A stretch of DNA of 64,000 bases from assembly GCF_964204865.1 (NCBI RefSeq), contig NC_135261.1, positions 12,400,001 to 12,464,000 of the forward strand. The letters run 5' to 3'. The notes under the pieces are model-generated. The model did no database searches, was not told the origin of the DNA, and saw nothing but the letters and a program-made list of their open reading frames with translations. Both the position numbers and the translations under genes were made by a program. The stretch is from Styela clava (taxonomy: Eukaryota). Positions 53,036 to 64,000 of this stretch are shown here, piece after piece (the stretch's first letter is position 1; every line of letters starts with the position of its first letter).

Positions 53036-53210
53036 CGATTAGTGGATCCTTCAGAAAGTCAAACGATTATCACAACGTAGCAAATTAATTTCTATCAATG
53101 ACACTTGCATTCAAAACTTCGACGTGTAACTTGACACTGTAACTCTGAGCAAGTCTTGTACATTTTCATTAGTGAGGCGTGTGCAGTGTTTGTTTTTGGT
53201 GGAGTGAGTC

Positions 53211-53500
53211 GCGGCGGTGTGGCCCATCGTGCTAAGCGCTAGGTTCGCAGGTTAGAATCACATGCGGGGATAGTTAAGTGCGAGAGGATTGCTGAACGCC
53301 TCGCCGCCATTGGGTGCTTCACGTAACCGCCGGTCACGGCTTCCTTCGCCATCAAGTCCATGCTTCCGAAAGCAAATAACTAACTAATCCCATACCCGAC
53401 ATGGAATGGTAACCGGACGAGAGGCCGTGGTTCGCCATATGGTTAAGTCGTCATATCGGCTATCTTCTTCCCTGGGATAAATATGTAAATCCCATCCTAT
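53211..53500 (+). mobile_element. tRNA-derived SINE copy (internal deletion in the head) nested in the outer MITE
   Basis: GCGGCGGTGTGGCCCATCGTG head, body homologous to 2205-2530, ATCCCATCCTAT tail. Confidence 0.9.
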
Positions 53501-56500
53501 TCTGAATTAATGTCAAAAATGTTGATTCGCAAAGATAGGTTGAACCAAACAATGGTCTCGTAAAATAGAATTGCTGTATGATTTGAATCGCGAGCTGCCC
53601 GTACAGCGCCGACCAGTGGGTAGTTAGCGCGGAAGATTACGTGACAAGATGTGAAATATCTCTTCGCTTTGCCGTCGCTACAATCGCCCCACAAATGAGA
53701 CACACGCAGGCTGTTTTATGGTGGTAAAAATATATCCACCTCTCATTCATCGTGAAAATGGTAGGTTTTTCATCGTTTCCTGCCATTTTTCTTTGGAATC
53801 TATAATTGTATTACTGCTGCTCCACAAACTAGCGGACAAGAAAAAGCGCGGGTTCGTGGAAAGTGATATCAGTGTGATGTCATAATTGGAAGGGTGTTAA
53901 CTGACCCGTCACATTACTGAGGTCAAATAAAAATCAGATTGATGGTTACAATAAATAATATAGTGTCATTCTCAGTTCCATATAAGTGTGATTTATACAA
54001 GAATAGCAGGACAAAATTTAGTTGATGTGGCTTACTTATAAGCGCCGTTATTAAGCTTAGTTTGGAACACGCCTGCGGGCGACTTGTATGATCTTCGCGG
54101 GCGACTTGGTGCCCGCGGGCAACGCGTTGGTGACCCCTGCTGTATACATTATATACTCGTTGATAATGAACTTAAAAACCTGAAAGTGTATGATTACTGA
54201 AAATACATGCTTGAATGTTGATATATATTCTATAAAAATGCTGTTATTCTATAAAAAAAATAAACACAAGAAATCTTTAACAAAGAAAAAAAAGTTTACT
54301 GAAATTAAACTCAAATTTTGCAGTTTATACATCAAATATTTCCAAATGGCGACCTGATTGTGATCAATTCCTTGTCTGTCATCTCATGACTTGTACCTAT
54401 GACGTAACAATTCAATTTTCAGACAAACAATAACAAAAGGAAAATTACTACAATTATAAAAATTAACTTTAATTAAATAATAAAATTAATTTTATTTGAT
54501 TTTTCAGCTCAAGTAATTTTAACCGTTTTTATTTATTCGCATAGTTGTTTTGATTCTCGTACCCCAATTCCCCGACTTCGAGGCACGCCATTATTATTTT
54601 ATGGCCTTCCTTTCGACGTAATACTCTAAAAGTTGACTGATCTAAATTAGACCCAGACCCATTGCATCTGGCATTTTAAATCAAGCCCGTGATTTAATGA
54701 GTATTAGTTCAGAACTTTAGATCATGATACAACTATTCACTCCCAAAGCAAGTAAAATTGCTAGCGACGACCGGCGTGCCAAGAGCTGGAAACAGTTATC
54801 AAATATTTATTGACTCGAGACTAGCTGCAAGCAGTTATCCAGTATATGAATATTTAGTATGAAGAAATAATATTCACAAATGTATACCACTCAGAATTAC
54901 GACGTGACTTTTGCCGTTGTATTGGTGCTGTTTGGCACGGTGATTTTTAAAATATAAAAATATATTCAAAATGTCTTGTAAGGTTAGTTCTTCCCAACCG
55001 TCGGTGTTAAGACTTCATCTCATTTTAATAGATGGCGAAACATATTCGCGTGAAATAAAACTTTCAAGTAGTGGTAGACTTACTGAAAGATATTAGAGCA
55101 TTCTAATTTCACGTTCTCGACGTACAACAATTTTCAACTAATTTATTTTTATTGTACCAGTGTTAATAAGAATTATATCTTGTGTATTGGAGTGTGCCAT
55201 TACAATCATTAATTCAACATGAATACTGTCGTGTATTTTTCTGTCTGTTTCTTGTGTGTTACATTGATTAGCCTCGGCGCTCGAAATGCTTTCTTTACCT
55301 GTAGGCCAAGGCTGCCCAACCCACGGCCCGTCATGCTGTCTACTGTGGCCCGAAATATAATGAGTTTAGACCTAAGCAGACTTTTCAATTATTATAGACT
55401 AGGGGGGGGGGTCGTGATTTTGGCTTGATTATTTCGCCATTTACATCCAAATGTCAGTTTTATTTGTTATGGAGGGGCAATATAGAATACCGAATCCCAA
55501 AGTATTCGAATCCAACCGGATTCGGTTTCCGCCTCTCCAACGCAATGCCTCAATTTCGGTTTTTTTTCTCGCTTGGAAATCTCTCTCGTTTAATTAAGCT
55601 TGCGCCTGCTCACAAAGAACCCGTAAAATCGGTAAACATCAAACACGGTAATATCAATCGGCATATTCAGACAAGAAGACAGCAAAGTACACCTTACGCC
55701 GAAGACCGTCGTTATCGCACGACTTACTGCGATATTCCGACAATCTCATGGCAACAATCTAATTGTTTACGGATGCCTTGCTTCATTTTACAATAAATGA
55801 CTTTTCGCGACCAGCGAGTTTTCCCAGTAAAATGCTATAAACCAAACGTTAAAAGTTATAACATTGCTTGCGATTAATATTATTACGCTATTTTCCGAAA
55901 TACAAAGTTATATCGCAAAACACGACAATCTGTCACATTTAAATTTCACTGTCAAAAGATTACGCATTTTCGGTCTGTTTTTAACTTTCAAGATGGACGC
56001 ACGTTTGACCGAGTGTTCGTTGCATTTTAGTCGCCGATAAATTCAAAAAACTATTCAACTATTCTAGAATAGTAAATTATTCTACGGGTCTAAGACAATT
56101 ATGAAAATGAATCTGCAACCTAATTAATGTTATTGTGAATATGATCTTTCGTGTTGGCTTTGGTCGTTTCTGTTTCTTTCGTATCTGTGTTATTTTTGCG
56201 TTATAAAATATAAATACTTCTTAAATACGGTCACAGTCTATCCGATAAATTTCTAAAAAATATTATTTTAATATTTTATTAAATTATTATTCTCAATAGC
56301 ATTTCTACTCCTTCAAATTTATATATATTTATTCAGAAATCATAAAAAAGTTACTTTATTAGGTATTGATGTTTCGAAATTTATAAAACAGACCACTGAA
56401 AAGTTGTTGAAACTCACGCGATATTGACGCAAGTTATGTTCATTTAAAAATTGAAACAATATCTTAGTCACTGGAAGAAAATAAATTTAAACATAACGCA

Positions 56501-57638
56501 AATATAACACTCTATTTTGACATCTTTGTTGACGAAAGTGTGTCCAGATTCTCGTGTGCTCGTCTGAAATCAGAAAGTGAGTTGTGCTATGCAAGCGTTT
56601 GGTGCAGCGACGAGCAACTAACGTGTCATGTCCAGGTCACGTGTTAAACAGCAAGTATTGAATTGTGAGCCGCTATATATTCGAATATTTTGCCCAGCCC
56701 TACTCAGTAATCATTGACTTTATGCAATTAAACTTGCTTTTGGGTATTATGTAAACTCACGTGAATCAGCTGGTATATCAGTCAGGTGAAAACGTTTGCG
56801 TCCCGCAGTGAATTTCTTCATGTGAAAGTGGCCCGCGACACTAAAAAGGTTGGGCGGGCCTGCGGGGCCAAATCCGCATGAGCCCGACTTTCATGAAGAG
56901 CGAAATTTTTTGTCAGTCGTTTCCATCACAAAATTCATATTTTTTCAGCCGGTTCTGCTACATATTATTTAAGCAAATGAACTGATTATTCTTAATTACT
57001 TCCTAATTAACATTTCAAAATAATGGTTAGGTAAGCATTAATTTGTCAAAATTAGCATCGGAATTTTTAATGATGTTGATGATTGTCCATATTGCTGTAT
57101 ATATTATATACTCGTTGATAATGAACTTAAAAACCTGAAAGTGTATGATTACTGAAAATACATGCTTGAATGTTGATATATATTCTATAAAAATGCTGTT
57201 ATTCTATAAAAAAAATAAACACAAGAAATCTTTAACAAAGAAAAAAAAGTTTACTGAAATTAAACTCAAATTTTGCAGTTTATACATCAAATATTTCCAA
57301 ATGGCGACCTGATTGTCATAAATTCCTTGTCTGTCATCTCATGACTTGTACCTATGGCGCAACAATTCAATTTTCAGACAAACAATCACAAAAGGAAAAT
57401 TACTACAATTATAAAAATTAACACAAAGTATAATTGTTACGTGCGAACTTTATCATTTCACATTTTGAAAAAACACGTGAGCTATTTGGTTTTAATTAAA
57501 CCCTACCCTTATATTGAATTTAAAATGTGTGGGAGAGAAAAGGTTCATTGACTTGGGGTAAGGTGGAGATCACATCACTATTCAAGATTGTGTGATGTCA
57601 CAATCACAATTATGATATTTGTCACTTGATTTTTATAT

Positions 57639-60596
57639 CCCCTTCGGTCACGGCATGTACAATTGTACCAGCGACTTTCCGCGGTAGATATAGCACACGT
57701 GATACACCTAACCGAAATTAGTCACGGTGTGTTCAATTGAGCTTTCTCGGTTCTATCGCGCTATGAGTTTGGTTTTATGCCTCCCGCTAGTGGTGAGTCG
57801 TCTGGCAGCGTGAAAATTGCGATGGCTGAAGCATGCTCAACAAGCGGTAAGTTGGTGTAATTTTTTTACCATTTTCTTGTGTGTAGAGCCAATAAATTAG
57901 GTTTAGACTGCAATTAGGACTACTTGGGGTGACGTTTATCCAGTTTTTGGTTTCGGTTGAGCTAATATGTAGATGGTAGAATTTTTTAAAAATTGGTGTG
58001 TACAATTGTACCTTTCGTGACTAACATGAGAAAAAAGCACAGACTTTCATGAAATAAATCACTTTGTTTTATATGTTTTTAGGGCCTTGAATTTTACCAG
58101 GAAAGTTCACAATCATGTGTTGCAGTGTTATTGAAAGTTCTGTTATCGGAAGTCTCTCTATTATATTGATTATAGCAGAAAATTTCATGTTAAAATTATC
58201 CAAAACTGTAGCCTAACTTGGTATTTTTATGGTAGTGCAGTACAGCTTAGGGTAATGTAAATCAAGGTCTAAGTTTTATAGAACAGTGATTGGGAGATAA
58301 TAAGCGTATATAGCAATAGTGAAAGCTTTAATTTTTAAAGGTATACTTTAATAGTACTGAAGCTAAAATGTTTTTCCAGGCTGTAAAGTAGCAAGTGTTA
58401 TACCAACCCTGGCAATGAAATATGTTTTGTTTTAGTGAGGCAGGAGATATTGAATGCAGAAGAGGTGTTAGATCGACTAGATGAGTCTGACATTGACCTT
58501 TCTGGATCCGAAGATGATATGGAAGAAGAATACGATTCAAATTCCTACAGTATCAATAACAGACTGGTAGTTTCGACCAGCAATGAAGACGTGGAAGAAA
58601 TTGAGGAGCCAGCTGATGCTGTAAACAGTAGTAAGCAACAGGAAAAAAAGTTCAAAATAAAGTGGCATTCGCCAGATAGAAATCCATTTCAGCCTGGATT
58701 TCTGACCTGGCAAGAAAGGCCAATTGCTGCTGATCCTCTAGATACACCTGCAAAATATTTTTTCAACTACTTCCAACCAGAACTATTTCAACTTTTTGCG
58801 GATCAAACAAATATTTATCACTTGCAAGCAAAGGGCAGAATTCTTGGTACCAATTCAGTCGAAATATGTCGCTTTTTTGGGGCGTCGATTGTGATGGCTA
58901 ACTTGGGTTTCCCACGACTTCGGATGTATTGGCAAAAAGTGAATCGTGTTGACAAGATTGCTGAATCCATGCCCGTTAATAGATACTTCCTGCTTCGTAA
59001 TAGCTTACACGTGAATGCGGCTAGACAACCTCCTACTGGAGAAAATTGTAAGTTTTGGAAGGTGAAGCCAGTTATTAATGCAGTTCGAAATCGTTGCATC
59101 CAGTTGTCTCGTGAGGAATTCAATGCGGTTGATGAGCAAATGATTCCTTTCACTGGTAGACTACCTGCTAAACAATTCGTCAAAGATAAACCCAATCCTG
59201 TTGGTCTCAAGAATTTTGTTATTTGTGGTAAATCTGGGCGAGCAGTCGATTTTGAAATTTATCAAGGTGCCGGCACAGGAATTCCGGATGAAACTAAGCA
59301 TCTTGGTCTTGGTGCATCTGTGGTTCTACGCTTGGTGGAGACCATACCAAAACAAAAGAACTACAAAATTTGTTTTGACAATTATTTCACCGGAATTCCA
59401 CTGATAAGAGAATTAAAATCAAGAGGCATTCATTCACTTGGAGTTGTTAAAAGCAATCGACTGATGGGGTGTGAACTAAAATCTGAAAAAGACCTCAAGA
59501 AGAAAGGAAGAGGTGCAATCGATTACAAGGTATCAGACAAAGGTGATATTTGTGTAGTCCGTTGGATGGATAATGGCGCTGTAACACTTGCTTCAAGCTT
59601 CGCTGGCGTTGACGAAAAGGATCAGGTGCGACGGTGGAGAGCCAGCACAAAAGAACACATCATGGTAGAAAGGCCAAAATGTGTTCAGGTGTACAACGAT
59701 AATATGGGAGGAGTCGATAAACTAGATTTCCTCATTTCGCTGTACAGGACCAAAGCTAAAACAAAGAAGTGGCCAGTTAGAGTAATTTTCCACTTCATGG
59801 ATTTTGCGCTAGCAAACTCGTGGCTAGAATATCGCGATATTGAACGAGCAAATGGAACTCCAAGGTCACGCATCATGGACCTACTGGAATACAGAAGCGA
59901 GGTTGCATTTGCTTTGCTCAAAGCTAACGTGTTTACCACGGCATTGGTGAAGAGTCCCACTGTCGGAAGACCGCGTTCTACTTCACAACAAGTTCAAACA
60001 GAAAGACAAGTGCCACATTTGGCTAAGAGGCGCAAATCATCAGAGCGACCTGTTGGAGATGTTAGATATGATGGTTTTATGCATTTTCCATCTTGCATAA
60101 ATGGATTAGGCCAGAGATGCAAATACGAGGGTTGCAATGGAAGAAGTAGAGTTAAATGCAACAAGTGCAACGTCTTCTTGTGCCTCACAAAAGAGAAGAA
60201 TTGCTTTTTGAGTTTTCATAGCAAGTGAACTTTTAAAAAGAAAAAATTTGAAAAAAATATTAACAGATCTGTGCTCTAGAAACTTGATCTTTCAATCAAG
60301 ATATCATTTATTTTGGTCGTTTTCACAACTTTTGTGCAGCAAAAGACAATTTTAAGACGATTGCAAATTAACTCGATGTTTTTTTAAGAATTTTCTTTTG
60401 TTGATTTCTTTTAATTTTCAGCAACTTTTTCTTGACTTTGACACAAAGTGTACATTTGTACACATCCCCTAATTTGCATATGGGGGGTAGAAAAAATTTT
60501 TTTTTAATATTTTTGTCAAAGATGACCAAAAATGAGTCAATTTGTAATAAAAAATAATTTTTTTCTGAATTGGATATATGTGCGTGACTGAAAGGG
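57639..60596 (+). mobile_element. Full-length piggyBac transposon (2958 bp) with ATAT flanks
   Basis: TIR CCCCTTCGGTCACG / CGTGACTGAAAGGG (12 of 14 match); ATAT at 57635-57638 and 60597-60600; sub-terminal GTACAATTGTAC palindromes; uninterrupted transposase. Confidence 0.93.
57822..60228 (+). CDS. piggyBac transposase (PGBD2/PGBD3-like), probably spliced: 57822-57846 + 58436-60228 (~605 aa)
   Basis: Acidic N-terminus; DDD triad (AVDEQM, CFDNYF, GGVDKLD); C-terminal Cys-rich domain CKYEGC..CNKC..LC..NCFLSFH. The main ORF has no ATG at its start and begins directly after TTTTGTTTTAG; upstream ATGGCTGAAGCATGCTCAACAAGCG|GTAAGT joins in phase 1. Transposase identity is firm; the splice model is inferred. 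Confidence 0.9.
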
Positions 60597-61153
60597 ATAT
60601 AGGAAATACAAATAAAAACAATGGATGTCGGTTTTTATACAATGTTTATTGAAAAGTCTCGTGATTTTCTACAGTGTAATTTTATTTTTGATAAATGAAC
60701 ACAGGAGACTTCTTCCAAAAAAAACGTAGTGTTATTCTTCAAAAGAAAATAAATCTAAATCCTGTCTAAGTTTCGGGGAAAGACGGTAAGAAGTGCTGTA
60801 CAGTGTACAAAACTGCTATGCGTAAAAAAGCCACATGGTCATTCTTTGTGTAGCAAATTTTTGTTCCTTTGAGGAGATCGTAAAAAGGAAACTTTCACAG
60901 ATTAGAATTTAAATTCAATTTGATTTTTTTTTTTTTTTGAAGATTCACGTATTCGAGTCGCCACCGATCCTAATAGCCAATATAATTAATCAAAGCTTAC
61001 TACATCTTTTCACGACCCACTAAGTTTCCTTTTGCGACCCATAGTTTGGGAACCGCTAATCTAAAGCATTAGTATTTATTTAAAATAAAAAGAATGAAAT
61101 ATATATGTGGGATATGAGCATGTTCGCGAACAAAATCATCATTGCGTTTTGCA

Positions 61154-64000
61154 TTATATCTGTACATCTTCTTCCGCATCTTCTATCTTATCTTTTTCAA
61201 ACTCATCCTCATCGACTGGAGTGTACCTGAAAAGTACGATTAAAAGTTACCGCTGAACCGGTCAGGGAACTTTTAATTTTCGAACATTACACCTGCGTAC
61301 AATCCTACCAAAGATTCCTAGCGTAGTCTATCTATTCAAAAGATAGGTTACTCCGCGAAGATGAAACTATTCAATCAGAATGAAAAAGATATGCATAATA
61401 CTTTCTGATTAGTCAGATCAGACTCATGCTTTCGAATAGTGGGATAAGCATAAATTTGAACCAAACCAGTACAGCCAATGAATTTACCTGCGTCCAAGGT
61501 ATATGAATACAATTGAAGCTATAGCAATCAACCCGGCGAACAACAGAAACTCGTGAGCTTGTCTTTTGATCGATTTCATCTGAGCTACCATAATTACGAT
61601 AACGTTTCCAAGAGAAATTGTTAATAACCAAAAGCTTGTCATAACCGACTTCATATTCGGTGGAGCCTTGAAAATTGGAATAAACGAGGTAATTTCAAAA
61701 TTTCTTAGCAGATCTAATTGCACAGCAAGCTACTCATTCAGCATGTCCGTGTCATACGCACCTATTAAAATGGATATTTTGTTTAAAAATTATTCATTTG
61801 TATGTGTCATAGGGTTGAGCTTGAATATTCAAACCTCAACGATTCTCAAATAGAGAGAATGTAGCATGTTTTATTTCAAATGCCGCTTTTTAGATTAGGC
61901 GCCTTAAAACTCGGCGCCTTCAACAACTGTTGATTGGAAGGAAGTAATTACAGTTAAAATAAAATGTCAAAAGTAGATTAAACGTCACAAAACTTACCCC
62001 ACACCCTGTGCTATTTTTTAATCACCAGTGGCTCTCTTATAGGCATACCTGGGTATATGCGAATTCTAGTCCTGTCACTGATAGAAATACTTCTCCAACC
62101 GTGATTAAAACATATTGTGGTATCATCCATGCAACACTGACGCGAAAGTGATTGACGTCCTCTATTTGATTAGCATTTTCGTATTCCATGGAATGTATGT
62201 TTTTCTAATTAAATAAGAGACAAGCATACAAAGATGAAGCATTAGTACAAGAACACTCATTAACGAAATTGAGCGTTAAATCGAAATCTCAAATCATCTG
62301 AAAACAATGATCTTTGATCAACCTTTTCATGTTTTGAGCTTATTAGAACAACACTGTATATTCCACTTAACTTTATGTCAACTTCGCCTTTGAAAAGCAT
62401 TTCCTTAGTATTGTTTCCGGTTTCGCCAATATCGTAAACAAAATAATAATTACTAAAGAAAAATAGATACGAGTATTATTTCTCATTTAAGTTTGGAAGT
62501 TATATATATTTATAATCTCAACTTCCTGTTCCCTAAAGCTCTCCCGAGTGGAGACAGAGATGAAAATATAGTGAAAGCAAAATTCTTACGCATAAAAGTT
62601 AACACATAATGTTATTTTATCATCCCCAGACACAAAATAATACCTTCCCACAGGAAGTCTTATTCCACGTGATCTTGACATTGGTTCTAATTGCATTGTC
62701 AATCCAGGATCGTCATCAAATTTTACATAATATTTTCCTCGATCACTATTTACAAATCCTACTATTCCCGATCCATCTTCCGGTTGTTTGCTCAGCAAAT
62801 CGGACTGTGATCAAATAAAAACGGATACACAGTAAGAAGGTAGAATAATAATCCCAAGTACCAAGTACGAGAAGAATGAAGGTAAATAAAATTTTGTTCT
62901 CAAAACTTGATTTAGTCATCCTTCTAAAATTACCTTATATATATATACTTCTGTATATAAAAAGTTTAAACGATGCAGTACATCAATTTTGCATTTAAAT
63001 AATAATATTAAATGCAATAGAAGTTGAAAATGTATATATCGAAAAGATTGCACCACAAACTGAAACGAAAAGATCAGAATTTTCAATGCTGACAAATGCC
63101 TTTTTTCGTCGTGAAGAAGAAATAGATTTATGCAAAGTCTATAGTTTATTTAATCCAGTGGTTCCCAACCCGTCTTTGTTAAATTACTCCATTTGCCTAT
63201 TTTGAAACTCTTTATTCCTCTTCCCTGTGCATAAAACTACCGTACTTTGATTGTTTAATCTTTAATGGACCATTTTTAGTGTTATGTGCAAGTCGCATTC
63301 TCGATTCTGTACAGTTTAAGTAGTTTATTATGTGTTCAACAAAATTCTTCCGCCGAAGCAGCCAAATATCTCCCTGGCGTATATAATTCCTCCCCGTTGA
63401 GAAACACTGGCTTAAATTTGTTTGCTAAAGGATAGCGTTATGAACCATATTGAGCATGATCTGTATTCCCGCTTCCCAAAAATGGATGCCAGTGAAAAAT
63501 ATTACCTGAAACCATATATCTGCATCTTCTCCTGAGATGACTACTTCTGTTATTTTTGAAGGCTTAACAGCAATGGATATTGATTGACTTGACGATTCTT
63601 TGTTTTCAATTGAATACGTCAAGTTTAAGAATTTCCATTCATTCGTCTCCATAAATTCCGTTTGTGTCTTACTAACCTAATGAAACAAACGACAAACTAT
63701 ATATAACAATACTTATTTCGTATTGTAGCTTATTTCTGTTTATATTTTGTTACATTTTACTGCTTTACGAATGCTAGAATGACATAAAATTATTTTCTAC
63801 AACAACTTTTTTCTCGGCCAAGCATAGTAATTTTTTTTAACGTTGTATCGTGTTTGAACTTCTCCACTTCACTTACCTCGTTTGGTTTCAATATCAAAGC
63901 ATCGAAGATTGAATGGTCCGATTTAAAGTTAATAATGTGTGGTGAAGTATTTATGATTCTCACAGCAAATTGATCTGTACTTGGCAGAGGTGTCAGCGTT
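61154..64000 (-). CDS. SLC15A1: SLC15 proton-coupled oligopeptide transporter (PEPT1/PEPT2-like), 3' part; gene continues beyond the window
   Basis: Minus-strand exons >64000-63877, 63676-63506, 62804-62644, 62452-62323, 62204-62049, 61666-61488, 61226-61154; GT-AG, phases consistent. WMIPQYVLITVGEVFLSVTGLEFAYTQ-APPNMKS..WLLTISLGN signature after a large extracellular domain. SLC15A1 versus SLC15A2 orthology cannot be resolved here. Confidence 0.92.
63156..63409. mobile_element. hAT MITE in an SLC15 intron
   Basis: CAGTGGTTCCCAAC ... GTTGAGAAACACTG termini; flanks degenerate but both have a central TA. Confidence 0.65.

Larger units (their letters stand above)
51698..54139. mobile_element. 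hAT Buster-type MITE (outer element of nested stack)
   Basis: TIR CAGGGGTCACCAAC ... GTTGGTGACCCCTG; TSD CTGTATAT / CTGTATAC; empty site present in copy B (~57095-57102). Confidence 0.92.
48707..57422. repeat. Direct tandem duplication: copy A 48707-54467, copy B 54490-57422 (~2.9 kb shared)
   Basis: Near-identical collinear sequence; A additionally holds 51144-51498 and 51698-54147; ~22-bp AT-only filler at the junction. Confidence 0.95.

Noticed and set aside
49190-55796. Duplicated short ORFs (49439/55219, 49846/55425)
   Set aside because: They lie in duplicated MITE sequence and their frames differ between copies through indels.
58818-60188. Antisense ORFs over the transposase (and similar ones over LINE ORF2)
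   Set aside because: Shadow frames of long coding sequence with no recognisable motifs.

Overview
AT-rich eukaryotic (animal) genomic DNA with short canonical GT-AG introns; gene style and repeats suggest an ascidian tunicate (inference, not confirmed). Host genes: an intronless orphan 7-TM receptor-like ORF (6771-7940,+), a 12-coding-exon LIV-1/ZIP6-ZIP10 zinc transporter (19991-27467,+), a 5-exon GT10 alpha-1,3-fucosyltransferase (41274-47613,+) and the 3' half of an SLC15/PEPT peptide transporter (61154->64000,-). The rest is a dense mobilome: a near-complete L2/CR1-group LINE, LINE 3' fragments of three families, a tRNA-derived SINE family, Helentron- and Helitron-like elements, a solo LTR, many hAT MITEs (one nested stack), a 2.9-kb tandem duplication and an intronic 69-bp satellite with a 9-mer higher-order repeat. 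The most notable element is an apparently intact 2958-bp piggyBac flanked by ATAT rather than TTAA, whose transposase appears to need splicing of a small upstream ATG exon. Exon models and alignments were read by eye; no database search was run.
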